Shown one piece after another: positions 18,297 to 26,173 of a DNA stretch of 64,000 bases. Below the pieces are notes generated by a model. The model worked only from the letters and a program-made list of their open reading frames with translations, was not told the DNA's origin and ran no database searches. Every line of letters starts with the position of its first letter. Position 1 is the first letter of the stretch. The position numbers were made by a program, and so were the translations under genes. This stretch comes from Patescibacteria group bacterium (lineage in GTDB: Bacteria; Patescibacteriota; UBA1384; GWA2-35-9; JBASTP01), in the NCBI GenBank assembly GCA_049274945.1, contig JBASTP010000005.1, positions 3,178 through 67,177 on the forward strand. Reading direction: 5' to 3'.

Positions 18297-18884
18297 ATGA
18301 CCCATGCCGTTGCTGTACCTACCAGCCACAGGATCGACCAGAACGGAGGTGTGAACGGGATCGACCCCGGCGAGTTCGTTCTGGAGAGTGCCTTCCCACC
18401 CGAGATCTTCCGGTGGGAGCCCATCACCAAGGATGTGCTTTCGCGCGACCAGGTGGTTTCGCAAAGGGTTGCGGTCCATTGCGGATCGCTCGGCCAGAAC
18501 GTGATCAACCAGCTCGGCGTGGTTGTGGACTTGCTGAACGGTCACGAACACCCGGTCGGTCGGATCTACTGGTGCCCCATGGCACCGCTCGATCCGCTCG
18601 CGAGCTATCGGGCATGCTGCTTCGCCCACCACATGGCGTTGCTCAGCAAAGAAGCGCTGGGGCACTGCTATGGCGCGGGCCGCGGCATCGGAAGATCGAA
18701 CGGCAGCGCCGACGAGATGGACCTCATCCACGCGCGCTGGGTCGCGACGGCCATCGGCTACCTCAAGTACCGCGCGGTGATGGACCTCGAGGTCCCCAAC
18801 TTGCCAATCATCGCCAAACGGTACGCGGAGGGAGGGCTCGTGCTCGATCTTTCCAGCGCCGAGCGCCAGGCCCTGCATCAGTAA
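18297..18884 (+). CDS. Hypothetical Cys/His-rich protein, high-GC island (probable HGT)
   Basis: 195-aa ORF with an AGGAG RBS 9 nt upstream and a downstream terminator. GC is about 62% and GC3 about 85%, against a ~50% background. The overlapping antisense and out-of-frame ORFs have R/A/V-rich artefact composition. Confidence 0.5.
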   Translation: MTHAVAVPTSHRIDQNGGVNGIDPGEFVLESAFPPEIFRWEPITKDVLSRDQVVSQRVAVHCGSLGQNVINQLGVVVDLLNGHEHPVGRIYWCPMAPLDPLASYRACCFAHHMALLSKEALGHCYGAGRGIGRSNGSADEMDLIHARWVATAIGYLKYRAVMDLEVPNLPIIAKRYAEGGLVLDLSSAERQALHQ

Positions 18885-18912
18885 GAACACGCCCCATCAG
18901 AAATCCACACAC

Positions 18913-18950
18913 GGGAGCCCCGAGCAAAGTCGAGGGGCTCCCTCTTTTTT
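18913..18950 (+). terminator. Rho-independent terminator
   Basis: GGGAGCCCC...GGGGCTCCC 9-bp stem followed by TCTTTTTT. Confidence 0.7.
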
Positions 18951-19030
18951 ACCCAAAATCCATTGACCCGCCGCCAACTTTTTGGTATCGTTATAGGTTG
19001 CACATCACAACCGGAAAGGCAGGAAATGTC

Positions 19031-19570
19031 ATGCGATCACAGCCACACCCAATCGACAGTGTATTACTGCTCGGACTTCTCGTTGTTGTTAGCATATCCA
19101 CTTGGTCGGTTTCCAAACAGAATAACCCCGAGAACGCAACCCTTTCACACCTGCGCGAGGCAGGATCGATCAAGATCGTCGTCTACGATCCCCACCAGGA
19201 ATACCACCGAAACCCATCTGCCGAGTGCCCAGACCGGCATTTCAGAGGCTACATCCCCAGGATCAGGGGAATCAAAGCGGTGCTCACCGTTTCTCAGATA
19301 GCTTCTCGAGGTGACGAAACCGTAGTACGGGAACAAGCTAAAAAGTGGGCATGGCGCCAAGAGACTGAGTTGCGTAACGAACATCTGATCATTCAACCTA
19401 TCGCCATCAAACAACTCACCCCAGGGACCTATCGCGCCCGGCTCACGGTGGAAAAAAACGGCGAGAAAATTAGCCTTTCGGGCAAAACCCTCCTCACCAT
19501 CCCCGATCAAGACAAAACACCCGCTCCCTTAAAACCTCCCCGCCGCACGCCCGTGCGGCGGTTTTTATGA
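19031..19570 (+). CDS. Hypothetical membrane-anchored protein
   Basis: C-terminal part of track ORF 18290-19570, restarted at the ATG at 19031 with an AGGAAA RBS. N-terminal TM helix (VLLLGLLVVVSISTW). The upstream part of the long ORF is Arg-rich out-of-frame noise. Confidence 0.5.
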   Translation: MRSQPHPIDSVLLLGLLVVVSISTWSVSKQNNPENATLSHLREAGSIKIVVYDPHQEYHRNPSAECPDRHFRGYIPRIRGIKAVLTVSQIASRGDETVVREQAKKWAWRQETELRNEHLIIQPIAIKQLTPGTYRARLTVEKNGEKISLSGKTLLTIPDQDKTPAPLKPPRRTPVRRFL

Positions 19571-19656
19571 GCATGTTTTACCTCCTAATCTACTCTCCCA
19601 TATACAGCGATCGCTTGTAGAGGGAGAGTAAAAAGGCCTTTGAGACCAGCCATAAT

Positions 19657-19685
19657 TTGACTTTGGTATATATTTGTGGTATAAT
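19657..19685 (+). promoter_or_regulatory. Consensus sigma70 promoter TTGACT-17-TATAAT upstream of the dnaJ-like gene
   Basis: TTGACT at 19657-19662 and TATAAT at 19680-19685 with a 17-nt spacer. Confidence 0.55.
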
Positions 19686-19741
19686 AAAAGGTTACGGTAC
19701 CGTTGTGTTAACAGGTAGCCATTGATCTCATCGGTGGAATA

Positions 19742-19761
19742 GTGTAAAGTATACTGTACAC
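19742..19761 (+). promoter_or_regulatory. Palindrome GTGTAAAGTA|TACTGTACAC in the dnaJ leader, same motif as in the dnaK promoter
   Basis: 20-bp inverted repeat with one mismatch, lying 28 nt upstream of the dnaJ-like ATG. Shares the half-site TGTAAAGT with the dnaK palindrome. Confidence 0.4.
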
Positions 19762-19788
19762 CCTTCGACAGGCTCAGGGTAAAACACC

Positions 19789-20391
19789 ATGGCAAGAGAT
19801 TATTACGATATTCTAGGTGCAAACCGCTCCGCGTCGGCGGACGAAATTAAGCGTGCCTACCGCAAGCTCGCCCACGAACACCACCCCGACAAAGGCGGCG
19901 ACCACGAAAAGTTTAAGGAAATCAACGAAGCCTACCAAGTGCTCGGTGATCCACAAAAGCGGGCCCAATACGACCAGTTCGGGGCGTCCTTCGACTCTCG
20001 CTCAGGACCTTCGGGAGCTCGGGGATTTGAGGGGTTTGATTTTGGCCAAGACGATGGGGGATTTTCGTTCTCATTCGGCGGCGGGCTGGGCGATATTTTT
20101 GGCGATGTGTTTAGCCAAGCATTCTCGCAAGTCCAATCAGAACTCCCGATCACCCTTACCCAGGCCATGCTGGGCGATCAATTTGACGTGCGCACCAATG
20201 CTCATGAAACGCTCACCATCAAAATCCCGCCCGGCACCCAAGACGGCACTACCTTGCGCTTTCGCGGCAAGGGCAACGCTCACCGGCGCGGCCGCGGCGA
20301 CCTCCTGCTGACCCTTCGCATCAAGCTGCCCACACGCCTCTCGCGCGAACAAAAACGGCTCTTTGAAGAACTTAAGCAATCAGGTTTGTAA
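19789..20391 (+). CDS. DnaJ-like co-chaperone (J-domain + G/F region + single C-terminal beta domain, no zinc finger)
   Basis: [35 protein letters not shown] carries the HPD motif. A Gly/Phe-rich segment follows; there are no CxxCxGxG repeats. 200 aa. Confidence 0.8.
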   Translation: MARDYYDILGANRSASADEIKRAYRKLAHEHHPDKGGDHEKFKEINEAYQVLGDPQKRAQYDQFGASFDSRSGPSGARGFEGFDFGQDDGGFSFSFGGGLGDIFGDVFSQAFSQVQSELPITLTQAMLGDQFDVRTNAHETLTIKIPPGTQDGTTLRFRGKGNAHRRGRGDLLLTLRIKLPTRLSREQKRLFEELKQSGL

Positions 20392-20457
20392 TATATACAA
20401 CCTGGAACGATCGTTTCTATTCGTATATATAAACACGATCCGCTGTTTAATCGGTAA

Positions 20458-21402
20458 CTACTTCAGCAGCTCGTTGCGCAGAAACTCGCGCTTCAGGCGG
20501 TGTTCGTAACGAAGATCGGTTTGATGCACGCGCTCCGCGTGCCAAAATGTTGAAATAATTCGAGATGCCAAAATGAATCTCGTAAGCCATTGGAACTGGC
20601 GCCGCTCTCTTTTGATAAGTTGTGCAAAAAACCTTTTCAAAAATTGCTTTGCCAACTCCGGCGATTCAGCATTGACATACATTCGCTGGAAACAAAAAAC
20701 CACATCATAGTATGCCGGCATGGTCGACGAGGCATATTCACCATCTACAAGCACAAACCCATCACCTTGCTTGATCATATGCCAAGGCACGAAATCACCA
20801 TGGTTAACCGCAGTTGGCACATCCCGGCTCAAAAAACTACCGAACTCCTTCATTAATGGTTCCAAGCGATATTCCCTGCCAATCTGATCAAACCGTTTTT
20901 GTGTTGCAACAATAAATTCACTAGTCAGATTCGGGTGTGGCTCATCCCTTGGGAATCGCAACCCATTGAGGCCCAAAAAAAATAAACTCGTTACGACCAT
21001 CCGGTCGATCCAGCGATCGAGTTCGCCGCTTCCGGGCGGCGACTGGCTCGCAAGCCCACCACCAGAGTAGTAAGGAGCAATGTAATACTTTTTGTCTCCC
21101 AATTTACCAGAAAGGACGTTAACCGGCACACTACACCAGCTAAAATCGGCGCGCTTGAGAAGCTTACCGATCGCTTGATTCCAAACCAGCTCGTTTCCGA
21201 TTCGATCACCATACTCAGCAGTTTGGGCGATTTTAAAAAAATACGAAATGCCACCTCGGCGAAGCTTGCCAAACAGGTGATGCCAGAGCCCCTCGCGAGT
21301 GTCGAATGCATCAAGTAATTCAAACCCAACCGAGCGGAAATGTTTTTCGAGATCCCGGCGGGTTTCTGGACTTGATCGATATGGAGTATGCCATTTGCGC
21401 AA
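20458..21402 (-). CDS. Phosphotransferase-family kinase (APH/choline-kinase-like fold)
   Basis: VNHGDFVPWHMI matches the Brenner HGDxxxxN catalytic motif, with DGEY as the Mg-binding D. 314 aa. Confidence 0.65.
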   Translation of the reverse strand: MRKWHTPYRSSPETRRDLEKHFRSVGFELLDAFDTREGLWHHLFGKLRRGGISYFFKIAQTAEYGDRIGNELVWNQAIGKLLKRADFSWCSVPVNVLSGKLGDKKYYIAPYYSGGGLASQSPPGSGELDRWIDRMVVTSLFFLGLNGLRFPRDEPHPNLTSEFIVATQKRFDQIGREYRLEPLMKEFGSFLSRDVPTAVNHGDFVPWHMIKQGDGFVLVDGEYASSTMPAYYDVVFCFQRMYVNAESPELAKQFLKRFFAQLIKRERRQFQWLTRFILASRIISTFWHAERVHQTDLRYEHRLKREFLRNELLK

Positions 21403-21471
21403 AGCAGTGCCTCATCCAGTTGTACTGTCAGGCCTTGAAAAAGTCAACAGCATAAGCTAGCATGGAAGCTT

Positions 21472-22143
21472 ATGGCATCAAGCGCGGTGACTAACGCAAT
21501 CGTTGAATCGGGCAGCTACAAAATCGGCCCGCTTACCTCGTCGTGGTATGCCCAAATCCCCATTTATCCCGAGCTGCGTAACGTGTTTACTAATCCTGCG
21601 CACCTCCGGGTTGTTGCCCGGGCGCTCGGGCGGAAGCTTAAGGGCGAGGGTATAGAACTCGTGGCAGGCGCCGAGACTGGCGGTATTCCCCTTGCGACCG
21701 CAATCTCACTAGAAACCGGCCTGCCGTTTGTATACGTTCGTAAAGTCTCTAAAACCTATGGGCCGGGCGGCGCAGTGTTTGGCAATTTTACCCCCGGCCA
21801 GAAAGTGGCGCTCATTGATGACGCCATCAGTTTTGGCAAGCAAAAACTGATTTTTATTGATCGGCTACGCGAGGCTGGACTGAAACCTACGGTAATTGCG
21901 GTGATCCTGGATATTGTGCGGCTGGGCAAAGAACGCAAGCAGCTCTTTGGCAAACAGGGCCTCAAACTTATTGCGCTCACCAACCAACTCCAGATGATCC
22001 GGGCGTACGAACGCGCCGGTATCTGGCCAACTGAGTTCGCCGAGCTGCTGCGCGATTTTGAGAACAATCCCTTTGCCTGGCAAGGCAACAAAGAAAAATG
22101 GCGGCAATTTGAGGAACTAAAGAAAACCCTGCCAAACATTTGA
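21472..22143 (+). CDS. Phosphoribosyltransferase (orotate PRTase-like)
   Basis: PRPP-binding motif KVALIDDAISFG with preceding ELVAGAETGGIPLA. 223 aa. Confidence 0.65.
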   Translation: MASSAVTNAIVESGSYKIGPLTSSWYAQIPIYPELRNVFTNPAHLRVVARALGRKLKGEGIELVAGAETGGIPLATAISLETGLPFVYVRKVSKTYGPGGAVFGNFTPGQKVALIDDAISFGKQKLIFIDRLREAGLKPTVIAVILDIVRLGKERKQLFGKQGLKLIALTNQLQMIRAYERAGIWPTEFAELLRDFENNPFAWQGNKEKWRQFEELKKTLPNI

Positions 22144-22174
22144 CAGGCAATGGGCTACCGGGTAAGATCACCCC

Positions 22175-22840
22175 ATGTTCAAGATACATAAATTCGACTT
22201 TCTGGTTTCTATCTACATTTTTTGCATTGCCGTTGCGGAACTCATGGGGGCCAAAACATTTCCCTTGGTCAATTCCGGAGCGCTAAAACTTAACGCAAGC
22301 GTGGCTATTTTTGTGATCCCGTTACTTTTTAGCATTAACGATATTATTACCGAGGTGTACGGCAAGGAGCGGGCGCGCAGTGTGATCCGTTCCGGTTTGC
22401 TGGTGATCTTTTTGATTTTGATGTTTTCGCTCCTCGCAATCCACCTACCGCCATCGAGCCGGTTCGCCGCGTCCGAGAAGGCGTATGACGATATTTTTGG
22501 TAAATCGGCGCGCATTGCCGCTGCCAGCCTTACTGCGTTTGGCATCGCCGATTTTCTCGACGTTTTTATTTTCAGCAAGATTCGTGAAAAATTTGGAACA
22601 AAAGCGTTGTGGTTTCGCAATAACGCTTCCAACTTCGTTTCGCAATTGGTCGACACTACTCTCTTTATGTTCTTAGCGTTTTACGCTTTTCAAAAACCGC
22701 TTGGCGATAACGTGACATTTTTATGGAGTCTCATTTTACCCTACTGGCTCCTTAAGTGTTTCATGTCGGTAATCGAGACGCCTTTTGTGTACCTAGGAGT
22801 TAGGTGGCTCGGCAATGAACCTAACCGAAGTAAAAAATAG
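22175..22840 (+). CDS. yhhQ: Queuosine precursor transporter, YhhQ/DUF165 family
   Basis: 221 aa, 6 TM helices. The conserved DxxxE-containing loop (INDIITEVYGKERAR) is typical of the VUT/YhhQ family. Confidence 0.65.
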   Translation: MFKIHKFDFLVSIYIFCIAVAELMGAKTFPLVNSGALKLNASVAIFVIPLLFSINDIITEVYGKERARSVIRSGLLVIFLILMFSLLAIHLPPSSRFAASEKAYDDIFGKSARIAAASLTAFGIADFLDVFIFSKIREKFGTKALWFRNNASNFVSQLVDTTLFMFLAFYAFQKPLGDNVTFLWSLILPYWLLKCFMSVIETPFVYLGVRWLGNEPNRSKK

Positions 22841-22950
22841 CGGGTCCTGGCTTGGGTACCGCCTCGGGCGTGCGCTCTATAGGAGCGCGTCGGCCGTAAC
22901 AGGCTTCCTATGGCGCTAGCAACCCGCCCTCCCCTCGCACCCTTCGCCAC
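22841..22950 (+). repeat. GC-rich MITE-like intergenic repeat, copy A (internally deleted)
   Basis: The element is about 68% GC. Its 3' 34 nt are the exact reverse complement of the 5' end of copy B (45751-45784). Its 5' ~45 nt are about 90% identical to the reverse complement of the copy B 3' end. Confidence 0.55.
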
Positions 22951-22961
22951 CCGCTTATCTA

Positions 22962-23693
22962 ATGACGATCAAGCCAATCAAAACACACAAGATCGATGGT
23001 AAGCAAACCATCCTCGATGTGTTAGAACACTATCTGCCTTCGCTTACGGAACAATCTATCGTCGCCATTACCTCGAAAATTGTTGCGATCTGCGAAGGAC
23101 GAGTCGTAAAGATGGGCACCATCGACAAAGCAGCGCTGATTCAAAAAGAGGCGGATTACTATATCCGTTCAAAAAGCAGCAATGACTACGCCATTTTAAC
23201 CATCAAAAACAATATGTTTATTCCGAGTGCCGGAATCGATGAATCAAACGGTAATGGCTACTATATCCTGTGGCCTAACAATCCGCAGAAAACCGCGGTA
23301 GCAACGAGGAAGTGGTTGGCAAAGCGTTTTAAGCTCAACAATGTTGGCGTAATTATTACCGACAGCAAAACAACGCCCCTGCGCTGGGGGACCACCGGGG
23401 TGGCGCTGGGATACAGTGGCTTTGAAGGCATTAAAAACTATGTTGGCAAAAAAGATATTTTTGGTCGCGCCCTCGAAGTTACCAAAGCCAATGTGGTTGA
23501 TCCGCTTGCGGCGATGGCGGTGTTAGCGATGGGCGAAGGGGCAGAACAAACCCCGATTGCCATTTTGGAGGATCCTGGATTTGTCAGTTTTAAGAAAAAT
23601 TATCCCTCGAAAAAAGAATTGGCGCTCCTTAATATTGGCCTAAAAGATCCGATGTACCAACCGCTACTGGCCGGAGCTCCGTGGAGATCGTAA
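22962..23693 (+). CDS. CofE-like (F420-0:gamma-glutamyl ligase family) protein
   Basis: IITDSKTTPLRWGTTGVALGYSGF and the surrounding fold resemble CofE/Nitroreductase-associated ligases. 243 aa. Confidence 0.5.
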   Translation: MTIKPIKTHKIDGKQTILDVLEHYLPSLTEQSIVAITSKIVAICEGRVVKMGTIDKAALIQKEADYYIRSKSSNDYAILTIKNNMFIPSAGIDESNGNGYYILWPNNPQKTAVATRKWLAKRFKLNNVGVIITDSKTTPLRWGTTGVALGYSGFEGIKNYVGKKDIFGRALEVTKANVVDPLAAMAVLAMGEGAEQTPIAILEDPGFVSFKKNYPSKKELALLNIGLKDPMYQPLLAGAPWRS

Positions 23694-24221
23694 CTGTTTG
23701 AGCCCCTCGGCCAAAAAGATCAGTTCGTCGAGCATTTTGTTGATACGATCATCAAACTCAGCCAACTTGAGATCCTTAACATTGGAAAAATAGACCGCTT
23801 GGCGAATGGGCACCATTTTGAGTTCGATCGCCACGAGGCGCAATTGTTCCACCACTCTCACTCCCCCGAGCACGCCAGCTGAAACGCCGCAGATCGCCAC
23901 CGGCTTGTAGTTATACTCTTCGTAAAGCTCGTCAAGCAGGATTTTCAAAACACCCGGGTAGCCGTGGTTATATTCGGGCGCCACGATCACAAACGCGTCC
24001 GCTGCTTGGGCAATCTTTTGCCAATCGTGAAACTCTTTGGGCATAGCATCGCTGTCATGGGAAGACAGTTTTGGATCGCAGTTGTAGTCGCGGGGATCAA
24101 CAAGCTGGGTTTTAATTGCTCGCTTTTTAAGTACATCCACCAAGTAACGCGCCGGCGCCTCCGAGCGCCGCCCTTCGCGAGAAGTTCCTAAAATTACGGG
24201 GATATTGAATTGGGAAGCCAT
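23664..24221 (-). CDS. NADPH-dependent FMN reductase family protein
   Basis: VIVAPEYNHGYPGVLK and an N-terminal flavodoxin-like fold. 185 aa. Overlaps the 3' end of the convergent CofE-like gene by 30 nt. Confidence 0.7.
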   Translation of the reverse strand: MASQFNIPVILGTSREGRRSEAPARYLVDVLKKRAIKTQLVDPRDYNCDPKLSSHDSDAMPKEFHDWQKIAQAADAFVIVAPEYNHGYPGVLKILLDELYEEYNYKPVAICGVSAGVLGGVRVVEQLRLVAIELKMVPIRQAVYFSNVKDLKLAEFDDRINKMLDELIFLAEGLKQLRSPRSSGQ

Positions 24222-24386
24222 TATATAACAACCTTTTTCTTTAATAAAGATGGGTGCATACGCTTCACCATTATTCCATTATAATATAAAATAAGTAAGA
24301 CAATTGGGCCTGTAGCCCCGACGCAAGGTCGGGGTCCCGACTTCAAAGAACGTCGGGACTCAGTGTCCCTTTGTTATGAAAATTAT

Positions 24387-24681
24387 GGGCCTGTAGCTCA
24401 GTGGTAGAGCAATTGCCTTCAACTTAGGAGCCTCAAGAAGGAAACGAACTTTTTGAGTGGATATCGCTATATGCTGGAACACCCCGCACCTTTTCATGAA
24501 AAGGTGCGGGACAATCAGCAGGGAAGTGCTTCGACTTCGCTCAGCACCCCTCAGAGACTATACGCGGTACACCTGCGATGGTGAAGAGATAGTCCAGCCT
24601 ACAACCACTTTTAGTGAGGCCACGGTAACGTGGAGTAGGATGTTAAGCAATGTGTCGCGGGTTCGATCCCCGCCAGGCCCT
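24387..24681 (+). tRNA. tRNA-Lys(UUU) interrupted by a group I intron in the anticodon loop (exons 24387-24419 and 24643-24681)
   Basis: Acceptor GGGCCTG/CAGGCCC, D-arm GCTCAGTGGTAGAGC, anticodon stem ATTGC/GCAAT, T-arm GCGGGTTCGATCCCCGC. The 5' anticodon-stem strand is followed by CTT and the 3' strand is preceded by TTAA. The only junction with a 5'-exon U and an intron-terminal G gives loop CTTTTAA (anticodon UUU), with the intron between positions 34 and 35. Confidence 0.7.
24420..24642 (+). ncRNA. Group I self-splicing intron (223 nt, no ORF) within tRNA-Lys
   Basis: CAGAGACTATA at 24551-24561 and GAAGAGATAGTCC at 24583-24595 match, from memory, the group I intron R and S core elements (Tetrahymena GUUCACAGACUAAA and AAGAUAUAGUCGG). 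A long P5/P6-like hairpin CCCGCACCTTTTC-ATG-AAAAGGTGCGGG, a P9-like hairpin with GTAA tetraloop, and a 3'-terminal G are also present. Confidence 0.7.
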
Positions 24682-24693
24682 CATTTCAGAAAG

Positions 24694-24717
24694 ACTCGCC
24701 TCGTGCGAGTTTTTTTT
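24694..24717 (+). terminator. Intrinsic terminator after tRNA-Lys
   Basis: ACTCGC-CTCGT-GCGAGT hairpin followed by TTTTTTTT. Confidence 0.6.
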
Positions 24718-24730
24718 GAAACTGGCAAGT

Positions 24731-24887
24731 GGGGATCGAACAGGAAAAAGGGTCGGAAAAAACACTTTGTTTTTTCCGTTTGCGGAAGCACATGAAACCG
24801 CAGGGTTTCATGCAGCAAATCTGCCGTAGCGATGCAGCTATAGCTTAGGCAGATTTGCTGGTGAGATTCCCCGCCAGGCCCTCATAC
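24731..24887 (+). repeat. tRNA-linked structured element, Lys copy
   Basis: Begins with GGGGATCGAAC, the reverse complement of the tRNA-Lys T-arm. The core CGAACAGGAAAAAGGGTCGGAAAAAACACTTTGTTTTTTCCGTTTGCGGAAGCACATGAAACCGCAGGGTTTCATG is homologous to the element after tRNA-Met (46334-46471). Ends GGTGAGATTCC plus an 18-nt copy of the tRNA-Lys 3' end (CCCCGCCAGGCCCTCAT). Confidence 0.5.
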
Positions 24888-25014
24888 CCTTCGATAAAGC
24901 TTCCGACTCCGCCCTCACTGCGTTGGACAAGTCGTGTGGCGAGCCACCCTTTCTGGGTGCGAACCATACGAACCGGTTGATTTTTTAGATTATTGAGATA
25001 ATACTTAAGATACT

Positions 25015-26091
25015 ATGGTGGGTAACATCTCACATAGAGTATTAGTGCTCGCAACTGTGTTATGGTCAGTACTGCTCGTTACATCGGTCATGGCTCAACC
25101 GATCAAGTTTGACGAACCGGTACAAACGATTCCCGGAAGAGGACTTGGCCGTATCGTATCGCTCTACTACCGAATCGCGGTCCAACTTACGCCCTCACCG
25201 CAAGAAAAGTTCACAATTCTGAATCGGCAGAGCGACTGGACGATTAAGGCATACCACCAGACGATCGATAATGATCCAGAGTTGGCACAAAAAATCCTGC
25301 AGATCTACCTGACCGATATCACCAGAAAACGAGAAAATCTTGCGGAGATGACAGAGGAACTACGAATGCAATCGATCACACGAATTGCGACCGAACAGGA
25401 TGCACTAGCTAAAACTATCACGAGTCGGCAAGACCAAGGGATACTGCAAAGATCAGACGAAACACAGTCCAATAAACCACCATCCCCTACCAGACCAGGA
25501 GCCAAACAACCAACAACCTCTACTGCTAGAGTTGCATCGAACAATCCACCGCCAGAAAACGGCCCAGTACCGAGCCAATCGCCGACAATCACTCAACCCG
25601 ACCCGTCAACGCAACCATCGGAAACCTCATCACCGCAGACGCCGATCTGCCCTTCAGGATCGTTCCCAATCCAACAGTTCAATGGCACCTGGAGTTGCGT
25701 CGAAACATTCAAAACAAGTCCGACCACCCCCACTGCAGAGCCAGTTGACCGACTTTGTGCAACTGAGAAGGTACCATACCCTGCTGACCCTAAAAAGAAA
25801 ATCACCCTTGACACGAGTTCATACACCTGCCGAGAACCAGGCTGGATCACCACTACACAAGGATCAAATCCATTTCCAACCGCCCTCCCATACTGCAGTA
25901 CTCAACGAGATACTGGTCTGCCACCGTCAGGGTACTATTTCCCATATTACAATTCGAGCACCAAAATAGGTTTGCTCTGTGCGTTCGATGTCGGTTCGCT
26001 CACGATCGTGTGTCCCGAGCCAAGGGTTGCAGAAGAACTGAAATCATACTACGGTTCCCGCTACAAAAAAGAGTACTTTTGTTTGTATTAA
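25015..26091 (+). CDS. Secreted hypothetical protein with PST-rich linker and Cys-rich C-terminal domain
   Basis: 358 aa. Signal peptide, helical N-domain, a P/S/T/Q low-complexity region, and a C-terminal region with 10 Cys. AT-richer than its surroundings and bracketed by partial copies of the tRNA-Lys 3' end. Confidence 0.55.
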   Translation: MVGNISHRVLVLATVLWSVLLVTSVMAQPIKFDEPVQTIPGRGLGRIVSLYYRIAVQLTPSPQEKFTILNRQSDWTIKAYHQTIDNDPELAQKILQIYLTDITRKRENLAEMTEELRMQSITRIATEQDALAKTITSRQDQGILQRSDETQSNKPPSPTRPGAKQPTTSTARVASNNPPPENGPVPSQSPTITQPDPSTQPSETSSPQTPICPSGSFPIQQFNGTWSCVETFKTSPTTPTAEPVDRLCATEKVPYPADPKKKITLDTSSYTCREPGWITTTQGSNPFPTALPYCSTQRDTGLPPSGYYFPYYNSSTKIGLLCAFDVGSLTIVCPEPRVAEELKSYYGSRYKKEYFCLY

Positions 26092-26104
26092 AAAATCGAG
26101 TCTT

Positions 26105-26125
26105 ATCCCCGCCGGGCCCTCATAC
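26105..26125 (+). repeat. Third partial copy of the tRNA-Lys 3' end (TATCCCCGCCGGGCCCTCATAC)
   Basis: Matches tRNA-Lys 3'-end positions and the copy at 24866-24887, including the shared trailing CATAC. One substitution (A to G). Confidence 0.4.
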
Positions 26126-26152
26126 AAAAAAGCCCTGTCGTTGAGACAGGAC
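26125..26152 (-). terminator. Terminator of the minus-strand isomerase gene
   Basis: CCTGTC-GTTGA-GACAGG hairpin. On the minus strand it is followed by TTTTTT (the complement of AAAAAA at 26125-26130). Confidence 0.5.
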
Positions 26153-26173
26153 TTGGATCTGAAATCGATTAGA

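Noticed and set aside
18234-18890. 218-aa minus-strand ORF and the N-terminal 245 aa of plus ORF 18290-19570
   Set aside because: Both are R/A/V/H-rich artefacts of the 62% GC segment. Only the 18297-18884 plus frame shows GC3 about 85%, an RBS and a terminator. The real downstream gene restarts at 19031.
24457-24795. 112-aa ORF inside the tRNA-Lys intron
   Set aside because: It spans the intron R/S core, exon 2 and the terminator. It has no RBS and an implausible composition, so it is a spurious reading of structured RNA.
24685-26125. Intact integrated prophage or ICE at tRNA-Lys
   Set aside because: att-like direct repeats exist, but the bracketed DNA is only ~1.4 kb with a single cargo gene and no integrase, excisionase or mobility genes.
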